60,743 bases of DNA from a virus (lineage: Duplodnaviria > Caudoviricetes), in IMG/VR virus record IMGVR_UViG_3300013285_000001, positions 1 to 60,743 of that record; one strand, given 5' to 3'. The notes below the pieces were generated by a model that saw only the letters and a program-made list of their open reading frames with translations, did not search any database and was not told the DNA's origin. Position 1 is the stretch's first letter. Every line of letters begins with the position of its first letter. Positions 45,678 to 54,549 of this stretch are shown in pieces. The translations under genes and the position numbers were made by a program.

Positions 45678-45992
45678 TTACATCATCAGTTCGGCGTTCT
45701 TATACCCTATGATCCCGCGCCGTGTACGCACGCCGCTAGATACTGTGCCGTATATCAACTTGGCAGCTTCGATCGTGATCATTGATACTACGAAACTACC
45801 TGTCGCGGCCATCGTCCCAGTTATTGTGCCCCAATGTATCATAAGGTTAATTATTAACATAGCGACGTGGACAACATTACACCCAGCCTTGTTTCCGAGT
45901 AACCTCAACCTATATCTCGGAGGCACCATGCTTAGTATTACGAACTCGAACGTAGCGAGTAGTATACCGAATATGAGAACTGCATCGACCAT
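45678..45992 (-). CDS. Membrane protein
   Basis: SD AAGGAG; hydrophobic segments; HWGTITGTMAA. Confidence 0.7.
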   Translation of the reverse strand: MVDAVLIFGILLATFEFVILSMVPPRYRLRLLGNKAGCNVVHVAMLIINLMIHWGTITGTMAATGSFVVSMITIEAAKLIYGTVSSGVRTRRGIIGYKNAELMM

Positions 45993-46117
45993 TATGATCT
46001 CCTTAGTATGTAGTATGTAGATACTGGGCACCCATTATCTTGGTGTTGACATCCGGGCACTTGGTACCGCGTGCTCAGTACCGCGTGCTCAGTATTTAAT
46101 CTTCAGCTCCCCATGCC

Positions 46118-46152
46118 GGGTACTGGGTACTGGGTACTGGGTACTGGGTACT
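46118..46152 (+). repeat. (GGGTACT)5 tandem repeat
   Basis: Five perfect 7-mers; a (GTACCGCGTGCTCA)2 repeat lies at about 46064-46091. Confidence 0.9.
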
Positions 46153-46278
46153 GGATTGCGGGGTTACTTAGTGTGGCAGCGTTGGTGGCTCGCAAATGAT
46201 TTGATTTGCGAGTCACCACCGGCCTGGTCACCCATGCTGGTGACTTACCCATGCGGTGTTGCGCTTTGAGATATTGAG

Positions 46279-46306
46279 AACCAAGCCTGCGGGAGCAGGC
46301 TTGGTT
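46279..46306. terminator. Perfect 12-bp hairpin downstream of gene 46327-46713
   Basis: AACCAAGCCTGC-GGGA-GCAGGCTTGGTT. Confidence 0.55.
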
Positions 46307-46326
46307 GGTCTTGGTGTGGGTATGGC

Positions 46327-46713
46327 TTAGTACGGTAGGTCCGCAGCGACGAGCTCCACGGCGACGAGCTCCACGGCCTTGTGCTGCGCGATCTTCAGCT
46401 TGGTGACGCGGATGCGGTCCCGGATGAGCTTGGTGTCGAAGTAGCCGCGCTCGTCGGGCTGGGGAGCCGACACGTCGTCGGCAGCTTCAGCGCGCATCGC
46501 AGCGAGCGCGTCGTTCCAGTCGTTGCGATCCGCCTCGCTGAGTGCGGGGCGCTGGGGAGCATTGACGGGGGCATTGACGGGTGCAGCGACATTATTCGCA
46601 GCCTGCAGCTTGGCGGTGAGCGCATCAATCTGGGCTTGCATGGTCAGCACGGTGACCTGGGATTCAAGAGCTGCGATGCGTGCGTGGAGTGTTTCAATGG
46701 TGTGAGCGGTCAT
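46327..46713 (-). CDS. Hypothetical early protein, coiled-coil N-terminus
   Basis: SD AGGA; internal duplications (APVN twice, VELVA twice). Confidence 0.7.
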   Translation of the reverse strand: MTAHTIETLHARIAALESQVTVLTMQAQIDALTAKLQAANNVAAPVNAPVNAPQRPALSEADRNDWNDALAAMRAEAADDVSAPQPDERGYFDTKLIRDRIRVTKLKIAQHKAVELVAVELVAADLPY

Positions 46714-46775
46714 GATGATGATTCCTGGTGTTTAGCGAGTTGATGGTGAGTACGGGGCACGACGCGCGAAGCGCG

Positions 46776-46853
46776 TCGTACGTATTGCTCGTACGTATTG
46801 CTCGTACGTATTGCTCGTACGTATTGCTCGTACGTATTGCTCGTACGTATTGC
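46776..46853 (+). repeat. Six perfect copies of 13-mer TCGTACGTATTGC
   Basis: Direct reading; abuts hairpin ACGACGCGC-GAA-GCGCGTCGT (46759-46779). Confidence 0.95.
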
Positions 46854-46858
46854 GTGGT

Positions 46859-47131
46859 TCAAGCCGCCGCGAGACCGGCTTTGGCTTCGGCTTTGGTCTT
46901 TGCAGGCTTGGCAACGATGGGAGCTTGCGCAGCGCACTCGGCGCGGCGCTTGGCCATGAACTCTTCGCGCGAAGCGATCATGGCTGCGCGCTTCTCGGCG
47001 AAGCCAACCTCAGTGCCGGTGACGACATCCGCACCGAACGAGCCGAGACCTTGTGCGCCGCGAATAGATCCTTCGACCACGAGCGCTGCCGTGGAACCGA
47101 TAAGCCGACCAACTTTGATACCGAATGACAT
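46859..47131 (-). CDS. Hypothetical early protein
   Basis: SD AAGGAG. Confidence 0.7.
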   Translation of the reverse strand: MSFGIKVGRLIGSTAALVVEGSIRGAQGLGSFGADVVTGTEVGFAEKRAAMIASREEFMAKRRAECAAQAPIVAKPAKTKAEAKAGLAAA

Positions 47132-47187
47132 GACGTCTCCTTGATGGGGGATGGGGGTGAACTGTGAAACTGAGCAACATTGCCCAC

Positions 47188-47222
47188 AAAACCAAACAAA
47201 AAGACCCGGCTTGCCGGGTCTT
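47188..47222 (-). terminator. Hairpin + T-tract (copy 2)
   Basis: AAGACCCGG-CAAG-CCGGGTCTT followed by TTTGTTTGGTTTT. Confidence 0.7.
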
Positions 47223-47224
47223 GG

Positions 47225-47404
47225 TTATTCGCGACGTTGAGGTACGAACGGGTTTTCGAAACCCCAAACGTGCGGCGTAGCTCGTGCCATATCACGCAGC
47301 GTGATCTGCGAGGTGGTGGTGAACTGAGGTTCGGTGAGCAGCTCGTCGTACATCTCGCTGAACATCTGCTCGAATACTTCGAGCTCGGGGATAACCGCGC
47401 TCAC
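47225..47404 (-). CDS. Hypothetical protein
   Basis: GTGA-coupled start VSAVIPELE. Confidence 0.5.
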   Translation of the reverse strand: MSAVIPELEVFEQMFSEMYDELLTEPQFTTTSQITLRDMARATPHVWGFENPFVPQRRE

Positions 47405-47589
47405 GATGCATCTCCCAGCGCAGCTACGGAGTTGAGGATGCCAGCGCCAAGCAGGGCCGAGATCAGTATCAAGCTGAAGTGCTGGAGGTAACCCCAGTTC
47501 TCTGAGTCTTGGTATGCCACGATGAGCAGCAATGGCAGCGTGGTGAGGCACAGAACGAGCATTGCGAGGTGGAGTGAACGGTTGTTCAT
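47401..47589 (-). CDS. Small two-TM membrane protein (first early gene)
   Basis: SD AAGGA; MNNRSLHL followed by two hydrophobic helices. Confidence 0.6.
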   Translation of the reverse strand: MNNRSLHLAMLVLCLTTLPLLLIVAYQDSENWGYLQHFSLILISALLGAGILNSVAALGDAS

Positions 47590-47866
47590 GATGCGTGTCC
47601 TTGAGTTTGGTACTTGGTACTTGAGCGACATTGCTCAAACAAACCAAACCACAAGGGTCAACTTGTTGGCCCTGCATTGCTGTGCTCTGCATTGCTTTGT
47701 TCTCGGTGGGGTCGCCACAGGAGGAAAGAGACTCCTTATTAGGATCAGCGAAGCGAAATCCGAAGTGGGGTAGCCAGTTTGTCTCTACCCATATAGATGC
47801 TTACAAGCTCGTCCGCGCCAAATTTTTTATAAAAAATTATTCACAGGAAATAACCTAGAATTCAGC

Positions 47867-48532
47867 ATGGCCCGACGCGACACCGAATTCGACGACCCGA
47901 GCGCACTGCTCAGATCACTCATAGTCGAAACCCCCGCCCCACCAGCGCACCTCCCGACCTACAAAAAGCGCGGTCGCGAAGCTGAACTCGGCCCAGAGAT
48001 AATGATTCGGGGCAAGGGGCGAAATACCAGCCGCAACGCCGACGCAAAGCTGGTCGACGAGAACAAACCCCTCACCGAAAAGCAGCTCATGTTCGTGCGC
48101 GCATGGGCGTCGGGCGAATCAATCAAGACCTCGTCCAAGCGCGCTGGGTATAACGACGCTGGTACGTTCGCTTACCGCATGACCCACATGCCCAACGTGC
48201 TCAAAGCCTTCCACGCGGAGAAGGTGAAATACGAAGAGGCGGGGAAGATGACCCGCAAGCGGGTTATGGACGGGTTACTCGAAGCCGTCGAGATGGCCAA
48301 ACTCATGTCCGAGCCCGCAACCATGGTGTCCGGTTGGCGTGAGGTCGGAAAGATGTGCGGCTACTACGAGCCTGTGAAACACACGCTCGACATCAACGTG
48401 TCTGGTGACGTGACCGTGCGGCAACTCAACGGCATGAGCGACGCCGAGTTGTTGCGGATCATCAAGGGCGCAACTTCCAAGGTCGCAGCCACAGCCCTCA
48501 TCGAACACGACGATGACATCGAAGACGTCTGA
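47867..48532 (+). CDS. terS: Terminase small subunit
   Basis: LTEKQLMFV...SSKRAGY HTH; REVGKMCGYY; upstream of terL. Confidence 0.85.
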   Translation: MARRDTEFDDPSALLRSLIVETPAPPAHLPTYKKRGREAELGPEIMIRGKGRNTSRNADAKLVDENKPLTEKQLMFVRAWASGESIKTSSKRAGYNDAGTFAYRMTHMPNVLKAFHAEKVKYEEAGKMTRKRVMDGLLEAVEMAKLMSEPATMVSGWREVGKMCGYYEPVKHTLDINVSGDVTVRQLNGMSDAELLRIIKGATSKVAATALIEHDDDIEDV

Positions 48533-50195
48533 GCCCGATCGCTTCGCCGGCAGTCGAGCCGAGCAAGTAGCCATCGCGGCACAAAGCTCCGAAGCCACCG
48601 AGCCCCTCGTCGCCTTGACCCCAGCGCACATGGCGGCGCAAAAGGAGATGGCCAGCCGTGTGCTGTCCCGTCGGCGACTCCTGCCTTTCGTGCAGCGCAT
48701 GAACGAGCGGTACGACCCGGGCTGGGTTCACGAGGACATCTGCGCCCGGCTGGAGAAGTTCTCCGACGCCGTGGCCGCAGGGCTCAGCCCACGGCTCATG
48801 CTGTTGATGCCGCCACGTCACGGAAAGTCCGAGCTCGCCAGCAAGAACTTCCCCGCGTGGCACCTTGGGCGTCACCCCGACCACGAGTTCATCGCGTGCT
48901 CGTACAACTTGTCGCTGGCGATGGGGTTCTCGCGCAAGGTCAAGCAGATCATCGATGACCCCGCCTACAAGGGCGTGTTCGACACGGTGCTCGACCCCAA
49001 CAACCAGTCCACCGAGGAGTGGGGGCTGGCCGGTCAGCGCGGTGGGTACGTTGCCGCCGGTATCGGGGGACCAATCACGGGCAAGGGCGCAAACTGTCTG
49101 GTCATCGACGACCCGGTGAAAAACGCCGAGGAAGCGGACTCGGCCGATGGGCGCGAGAAGGTCTGGGGGTGGTATCTATCTACCGCTTACACCCGGCTGT
49201 CCCCCGGCGGCGGTGTGCTGGTCATCCAGACGTGGTGGCACGACGATGACCTGGCCGGACGTCTCCAGCAGATGATGCGGCTAGGTTCCGACGACGCCGA
49301 CATCGACCAGTTCGAGGTCATCAAGTACCCAGCGATCGCCATCGCGGATGAATACCTGGACCGTGACACGGGCGGGATTGTTTACGACGAGCCTGGAACT
49401 CCACCGAATGGGAACCAGTTGCTGCGCCTCAAGGACGAGGCGCTGCACCCAGCGCGCTACGACCTGAACAAACTTGCCCGTATACGTGCGCTGAATAGGA
49501 AGTCGGACGGCTCGGACGGTCGGTGGTGGTCTGCGCTGTACCAACAAAACCCCGTCCCTGATGACGGTGGGTATTTCACCAAGAACCAGTTCAAGCGCAC
49601 AGCGCTGCCACCGGTAAACCGCTCCAACGTGTATATCGCGTGGGATTTTGCTATCAGCGAACGAAAGCAAAACGACTACACCGTGGGCTGCGTAGGACTA
49701 CAAGACGACGACGATATGCTGCACGTCGCGGAGGTTGTGAGATTTAAGTCTGGAGATTCATTCTTTATCGTAGAATCTATCTTAAATCTATGTTCGAGAT
49801 GGCCCAGCTCGTCTTTGGTGCTCGGATTTGAAGACGGGCAAATTTACCGCGCTCTCGAAGCTCTATTAAAGAAGCGCATGAGAGAACGCAAGATGTACCC
49901 GGCCATCAAGGTGCTCAAACCCATCAGCGACAAGATGGCCAGAGCCCGAGCCCTGCAGGGCCGGATGCAGCAGGGGATGGTCAGCTTCAACGACAAGGCC
50001 GAGTGGTACGACGAAGCCAGAGCCGAGATGCTCCGGTTTCCTGCGGGGGTTCACGACGATCAGGTGGACTCGCTGGCTTGGATGACCACGATGGTCGTTG
50101 GCCGCGAGGCACCGCGCAAACAGCAGGGCCAGGTTATGAAAAGCTGGAAAGACAAGATTCGCACCAATGGCTCCGTCAGCCACATGGCCGCATAG
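48513..50195 (+). CDS. terL: Terminase large subunit
   Basis: MPPRHGKS, IDDPVKN, ALYQQNP, WDFA, HDDQVD. Confidence 0.96.
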   Translation: MTSKTSEPDRFAGSRAEQVAIAAQSSEATEPLVALTPAHMAAQKEMASRVLSRRRLLPFVQRMNERYDPGWVHEDICARLEKFSDAVAAGLSPRLMLLMPPRHGKSELASKNFPAWHLGRHPDHEFIACSYNLSLAMGFSRKVKQIIDDPAYKGVFDTVLDPNNQSTEEWGLAGQRGGYVAAGIGGPITGKGANCLVIDDPVKNAEEADSADGREKVWGWYLSTAYTRLSPGGGVLVIQTWWHDDDLAGRLQQMMRLGSDDADIDQFEVIKYPAIAIADEYLDRDTGGIVYDEPGTPPNGNQLLRLKDEALHPARYDLNKLARIRALNRKSDGSDGRWWSALYQQNPVPDDGGYFTKNQFKRTALPPVNRSNVYIAWDFAISERKQNDYTVGCVGLQDDDDMLHVAEVVRFKSGDSFFIVESILNLCSRWPSSSLVLGFEDGQIYRALEALLKKRMRERKMYPAIKVLKPISDKMARARALQGRMQQGMVSFNDKAEWYDEARAEMLRFPAGVHDDQVDSLAWMTTMVVGREAPRKQQGQVMKSWKDKIRTNGSVSHMAA

Positions 50196-50198
50196 CCC

Positions 50199-50606
50199 AT
50201 GGCATTTCGGCTTACGTTCGAGAACCCGTTCAGAGCCGTCGGCCCTGCGTGGTCTCAGGACAACGCGGAGTTTGAGGCGACTCAACCAGGTATTGCTCGG
50301 CGCTTTCTGCGCTCGGTCAACCCGCTGACTGGTTTTGGTTCCGCGCTCGGTCAACTGCACGACGCATCCAGCGAAGGGGACGCCATTGGTATGGGCGAGG
50401 CTGCGGCCCAGGCATTCCCTGCGTTCGGCGCTCTGCGTGCGTACAAGACCATGAACGGCCTGCAGGTGGCCCCGAACGCAATCAAAACAGCCCAGCGCTA
50501 CGGAGAAGCCGCTGCATTAGGGACTGCTGTTGATGTCGCGAACGCTCCCCCCGGGTACGACACCGAACAAACACAGGGACCACGCAATGTCTCACGTCTG
50601 CGCTGA
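50199..50606 (+). CDS. Hypothetical protein
   Basis: 135-aa ORF between terL and the ferritin-like gene. Confidence 0.6.
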   Translation: MAFRLTFENPFRAVGPAWSQDNAEFEATQPGIARRFLRSVNPLTGFGSALGQLHDASSEGDAIGMGEAAAQAFPAFGALRAYKTMNGLQVAPNAIKTAQRYGEAAALGTAVDVANAPPGYDTEQTQGPRNVSRLR

Positions 50607-51024
50607 ACTGGTTGCGCGCTGCTTCGCGGCCCGCACCACTGCCCACTTCGCCCACCTTGCCACCGCCTCCTACGCCCAGCACATGGCGCTCGGCTCGTTC
50701 TACGACGACATCGCGTCGAACGCAGACGAGTTCGTCGAGAGCTACATGGGCATCTACGGGCAACTCAGTGTCAAGGACTTCCCCGCGCTGCGCTTGTCCA
50801 CCGCGCCAATCATCACCCAGCTGACGGACCTGCGCACGTGGGTGGCTGCGAACAGGGAAGAGTGCTGCGAAGCCTACGACGACAAGGACGACGAGGCCAA
50901 AGAGGCCGATGACGCCGATGACGCCGAATCCGGTGACATCGACAACACGGAGCTCGGCAACTTGATCGACAACATCCTCTCGACGATCGACCGCACGCTC
51001 TACAAGCTGCGTTTCTTGAAGTAA
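50587..51024 (+). CDS. Ferritin/Dps-like four-helix protein (DUF5856-like)
   Basis: AHFAHL...SYAQHMALGSFYD...DEFVESYMG...TLYKLRFLK. Confidence 0.8.
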   Translation: MSHVCAELVARCFAARTTAHFAHLATASYAQHMALGSFYDDIASNADEFVESYMGIYGQLSVKDFPALRLSTAPIITQLTDLRTWVAANREECCEAYDDKDDEAKEADDADDAESGDIDNTELGNLIDNILSTIDRTLYKLRFLK

Positions 51025-51031
51025 GCCCACC

Positions 51032-53188
51032 ATGCCAATCGACACCCATCTCGCCACCAAGGTCTGGGTCCGCTACGCGTGGGCTCGGGACAACGGTCAC
51101 GCCAAATACGTCGACAAGGCCGACAAGTGCGAGAAGTTCTTCGCCGGCGACCAGTGGGACCGCGCCGACAGAGCCGCGCTTGAACTTGTCCGTCGCCCTG
51201 CGCTGACGATCAACAAGATCATCAGTACGGTGTCCAACGTGATGGGCGAGCAGATCTACAACAGGTCTGAGACGAGCTTCAGGCCACGTGGCGGGTCACC
51301 GGCGGACGTCGCCGACGCGCTCAACAAGGTCTACAAGCAGATCAGCGACAACAACCAGCTCGACTGGAAGCGCAGCGACATGTTTGCTGACGGGATCATC
51401 ACCTCACGTGGGTATCTTGATGCCCGAATTGGGTATGGGGACTCGATGCAGGGCGAAGTCCTGATCGAAAATCTAAATCCGAAGAACGTCATTGTTGACC
51501 CTGACGGCGAAGAGTACGACCCTGACTCCTGGTCGGAAGTGTTTGTGACTAAGTGGGTCACAGCCGACGACATCGCGGTTCTTTACAACAAAGAAGACGC
51601 CGAGTTACTGCGAAACCGCGAGCAGAGTTTCTTCCCGTACGGGTATGACTCCATCGAGGCCCACCGGGATCGGTTCGGGGATCGTTTGAATCCCATGTAC
51701 CAAGGCGACTACGACAACTCGGCGGTTTTGCGCAATATCCGCATCATCGAGCGCCAGCACCGGATGCTCGACAGGCAAAAACACTTCGTCAGCCCAGAAA
51801 CTGGGGATATGCGGCCTATCCCAGCCGAGTTTGACCGCAACAAGATCGCGTTCTTCGTGGAGAAGTATGGTTTCCAGGTCACGACGAAGCTGATTCGGCG
51901 TATTCGGTGGACAGTTATCGCCGACAACGTCAAATTGCACGACGACTGGAGCCCATACAAGCATTTCACGGTCGTGCCGTACTTTCCGTACTTCCGGCGG
52001 GGCAACACCATCGGTTTGGTCGAAAACCTGCTGAGTTCGCAGGAGTTGCTCAACAAAGTCACCAGCCAAGAGCTGCACGTCGTCAACACGACCGCGAACT
52101 CTGGATACAAGGTGCGCACCGGCTCGCTGTCGAACATGACGGTTGAAGAGCTGGAGCAAAAGGGTGCGCAAACCGGCCTCGTCATCGAGGTCAACGGTGA
52201 TCCTGACAAGGACGTCCAGAAGATCCAGCCGAACCAAGTCCCGTCGGGGCTCGATCGCATCAGCTTCAAGGCCGAACAGGCGATCAAGACGATCAGCGGC
52301 ATCAACGACTCGATGCAGGGCTTCGACCGTGAGGACGTCGCCGCGAAGGCGATCGACAAGAAGAAACAAAGCGGCGCGACGGGCCTGGCCAAGCCGATGG
52401 ACTCGCTGGTGCGCACCGACTACATCCTCGCTCGCAACATCATCGATTTGGTGCAGGAGTTCTACACCGAAGAGCGCCTGATGACGATCACGCACAACAG
52501 CGCCACGGGTGAGACCGAGACGTTCTCGGTGAACCAAGCCACCCCCGAGGGCACGATCATCAACGATCTGACGCTGGGCGAGTACGACATCATCACCACG
52601 TCTGTGCCGCACCGCGAGACGATGGAAGACAGCCAGTTCGAGCAGGCTGTAGCCATGAAACAAATGGGCGTGGCGATCCCCGACTCGATCCTCATCGACG
52701 CGAGCCGACTGCAGAACAAGAGGGAAATCATCCAAGCTCTGCAGGGCGACAAGAACTCCCCCGAGGCCCAGGCCGCAGCCCAGCTGCAGCAGCGCGCTCA
52801 GCAAGCCGAGGTCAGCAAGACCGAAGGCGAGGCGATGCAAAAGCAAGCCGACGCAGGGCTCAAGCAAGCCAAGACGCAGGAAGTTTCGGCCAAGACGCAA
52901 GTGCTCATGCACACGCCGATCGCCGACCCGAATGCTCAGGATCAAGGACGGCCAGACCCTGAGCTTGAGCAAGCCAAGGCCGAGCACGCCGCCGGAATGG
53001 CAGAGCGCAAGCAGGCCCACGACGAGCAGATGGACTTCATGAACCACGGGCTCCAGCGCGAGACCGATACCAACAAGTTGCGGCTCCAAGCCCAAACCAT
53101 CGCCATGAAGCGCGCCGACGACCGCGCCAAGGCCGACCAACAAGCTGCGTCCGCAGCAAGTAAACCCACCTCCAAAGGACTCAGATGA
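51032..53188 (+). CDS. Portal protein (P22-like)
   Basis: FFAGDQW...RPALTINKI; GLVENLLSSQELLNK; Gln/Ala coiled-coil tail; position after terL. Confidence 0.9.
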   Translation: MPIDTHLATKVWVRYAWARDNGHAKYVDKADKCEKFFAGDQWDRADRAALELVRRPALTINKIISTVSNVMGEQIYNRSETSFRPRGGSPADVADALNKVYKQISDNNQLDWKRSDMFADGIITSRGYLDARIGYGDSMQGEVLIENLNPKNVIVDPDGEEYDPDSWSEVFVTKWVTADDIAVLYNKEDAELLRNREQSFFPYGYDSIEAHRDRFGDRLNPMYQGDYDNSAVLRNIRIIERQHRMLDRQKHFVSPETGDMRPIPAEFDRNKIAFFVEKYGFQVTTKLIRRIRWTVIADNVKLHDDWSPYKHFTVVPYFPYFRRGNTIGLVENLLSSQELLNKVTSQELHVVNTTANSGYKVRTGSLSNMTVEELEQKGAQTGLVIEVNGDPDKDVQKIQPNQVPSGLDRISFKAEQAIKTISGINDSMQGFDREDVAAKAIDKKKQSGATGLAKPMDSLVRTDYILARNIIDLVQEFYTEERLMTITHNSATGETETFSVNQATPEGTIINDLTLGEYDIITTSVPHRETMEDSQFEQAVAMKQMGVAIPDSILIDASRLQNKREIIQALQGDKNSPEAQAAAQLQQRAQQAEVSKTEGEAMQKQADAGLKQAKTQEVSAKTQVLMHTPIADPNAQDQGRPDPELEQAKAEHAAGMAERKQAHDEQMDFMNHGLQRETDTNKLRLQAQTIAMKRADDRAKADQQAASAASKPTSKGLR

Positions 53189-54114
53189 GCGACGACAACA
53201 ACACACCCGACATCGACCGTGGCGACGAGCTCGACACGACGCCCGAAGCAGACGAGGTCGTCGCTCCAGTCGTAAAGGCAGACCCCGTCGTTGAGGTCGA
53301 CCCGGTCGACCCAGATGTCGAGCCGGAAGAAGAAGACGACAAGCCGGAGGCGAAGGCGAAGAAGCCCGACGCCCGCATCCCGCTGTCTCGCCACAAGGAG
53401 ATCTTGGAGAAGGAGCGCTCGGCTCGCTCCGACCTTGAGCGCCAACTGGCCCAGTACCAGCAGGGCAAGCAGGTCGCTGACCTGAACGCCGACATCACGG
53501 CGGTCGAGACCAAAGTGATAGGGCTCGAAAAGCAGTACGCCACGCTGCTGACCGATGGCGAGGTCGATAAGGCCTCTGCGGTCATGACAGAGATTCGCCG
53601 GCTCGAGCGCGACATGTCGGACTACAAGAACGACATGAAGATCCAGGCCGCAGAGAGCCGTGCGACTGAGCGCGCCCGATACAACATCAGCTTGGAGCGC
53701 GTCGAAGTGGCGTACCCGCAGTTGAACCCCGACCACGACGACTTCGACGCTGACTTGCTCACCGACGTGGCCGACTTGAAGACCACCTACGAGCGCAAGG
53801 GGATGACCCCGACCGACGCGCTGCAAAAGGCTGTCAAACGCCTCGCCGGCGCAGAGACCAAGCGCCAAGAAGCTGCCGTCGAAGTCACCCCCAACGTGGA
53901 CGCGAAGGCAGTGGCCGCTGAGCGCAAGAAGGACGCGGTCGGCAAGGCGCTGGCGGCGATCGACAAAACGCCGCCGAGCACGGCCAAGGTTGGCATGGAC
54001 AGCGACCGTGCTGGGGGTTCGATGAATGCCAAAGATGTGATGAAGATGTCCTACAAGGACTTCTCCGCACTGCCTGAAGAATCCCTCGCCCGCATGCGCG
54101 GCGATGAGCTGTAA
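53185..54114 (+). CDS. Scaffolding protein
   Basis: Acidic N-terminus, RIPLSR, coiled coil, C-terminal FSALPEESLARMRGD. Confidence 0.8.
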   Translation: MSDDNNTPDIDRGDELDTTPEADEVVAPVVKADPVVEVDPVDPDVEPEEEDDKPEAKAKKPDARIPLSRHKEILEKERSARSDLERQLAQYQQGKQVADLNADITAVETKVIGLEKQYATLLTDGEVDKASAVMTEIRRLERDMSDYKNDMKIQAAESRATERARYNISLERVEVAYPQLNPDHDDFDADLLTDVADLKTTYERKGMTPTDALQKAVKRLAGAETKRQEAAVEVTPNVDAKAVAAERKKDAVGKALAAIDKTPPSTAKVGMDSDRAGGSMNAKDVMKMSYKDFSALPEESLARMRGDEL

Positions 54115-54123
54115 GGAGCCCGC

Positions 54124-54549
54124 ATGAACAACATCACGGACCAGTTGAAGCGTGACGAAGGGATCTGCGAGCACGCGTACAACGATTCGCTTGGGTTCAT
54201 CACGATCGGTTGCGGTCGGCTCATCGACTCGCGCAAGACCAGCTCAGGACTGCGCGAGTCGGAGATCGACTACTTGCTGAACAACGACATCGAGGACAGG
54301 CGCTTCGAGTTGGGGCGCAGCCTGAAGTGGTTCCACGAGCTCGACGATGTGAGGCAGGGCGTGTTGCTGAACATGGCTTTCCAGCTCGGTGTAAATGGGC
54401 TGTTAGGTTTCCCCAAGATGCTCGCCGCAGTGCAAAAGGGCGACTGGGCCACGGCTGCGGTTGAGATGGCGGCATCCAAGTGGTTTCGGCAGACTCCGGC
54501 CCGCGCCGACCGCCTCGCGCTTCAGATGAAGGAGGGCGTATGGCACTGA
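54124..54549 (+). CDS. Endolysin (T4-lysozyme/GH24-like)
   Basis: DEG....YNDSLGFITIGCGRL, NMAFQLG, SKWFRQTPARADRL. Confidence 0.92.
   Translation: MNNITDQLKRDEGICEHAYNDSLGFITIGCGRLIDSRKTSSGLRESEIDYLLNNDIEDRRFELGRSLKWFHELDDVRQGVLLNMAFQLGVNGLLGFPKMLAAVQKGDWATAAVEMAASKWFRQTPARADRLALQMKEGVWH

Noticed and set aside
46776-46853. Mini CRISPR array
   Set aside because: 13-bp units are head-to-tail with no spacers, and there is no cas operon; the Cas4-like nuclease sits in the replication module
51605-54174. Long antisense ORFs (533 aa and 410 aa) and similar shadows elsewhere
   Set aside because: Typical stop-poor antisense frames of high-GC genes, with no SD or motifs
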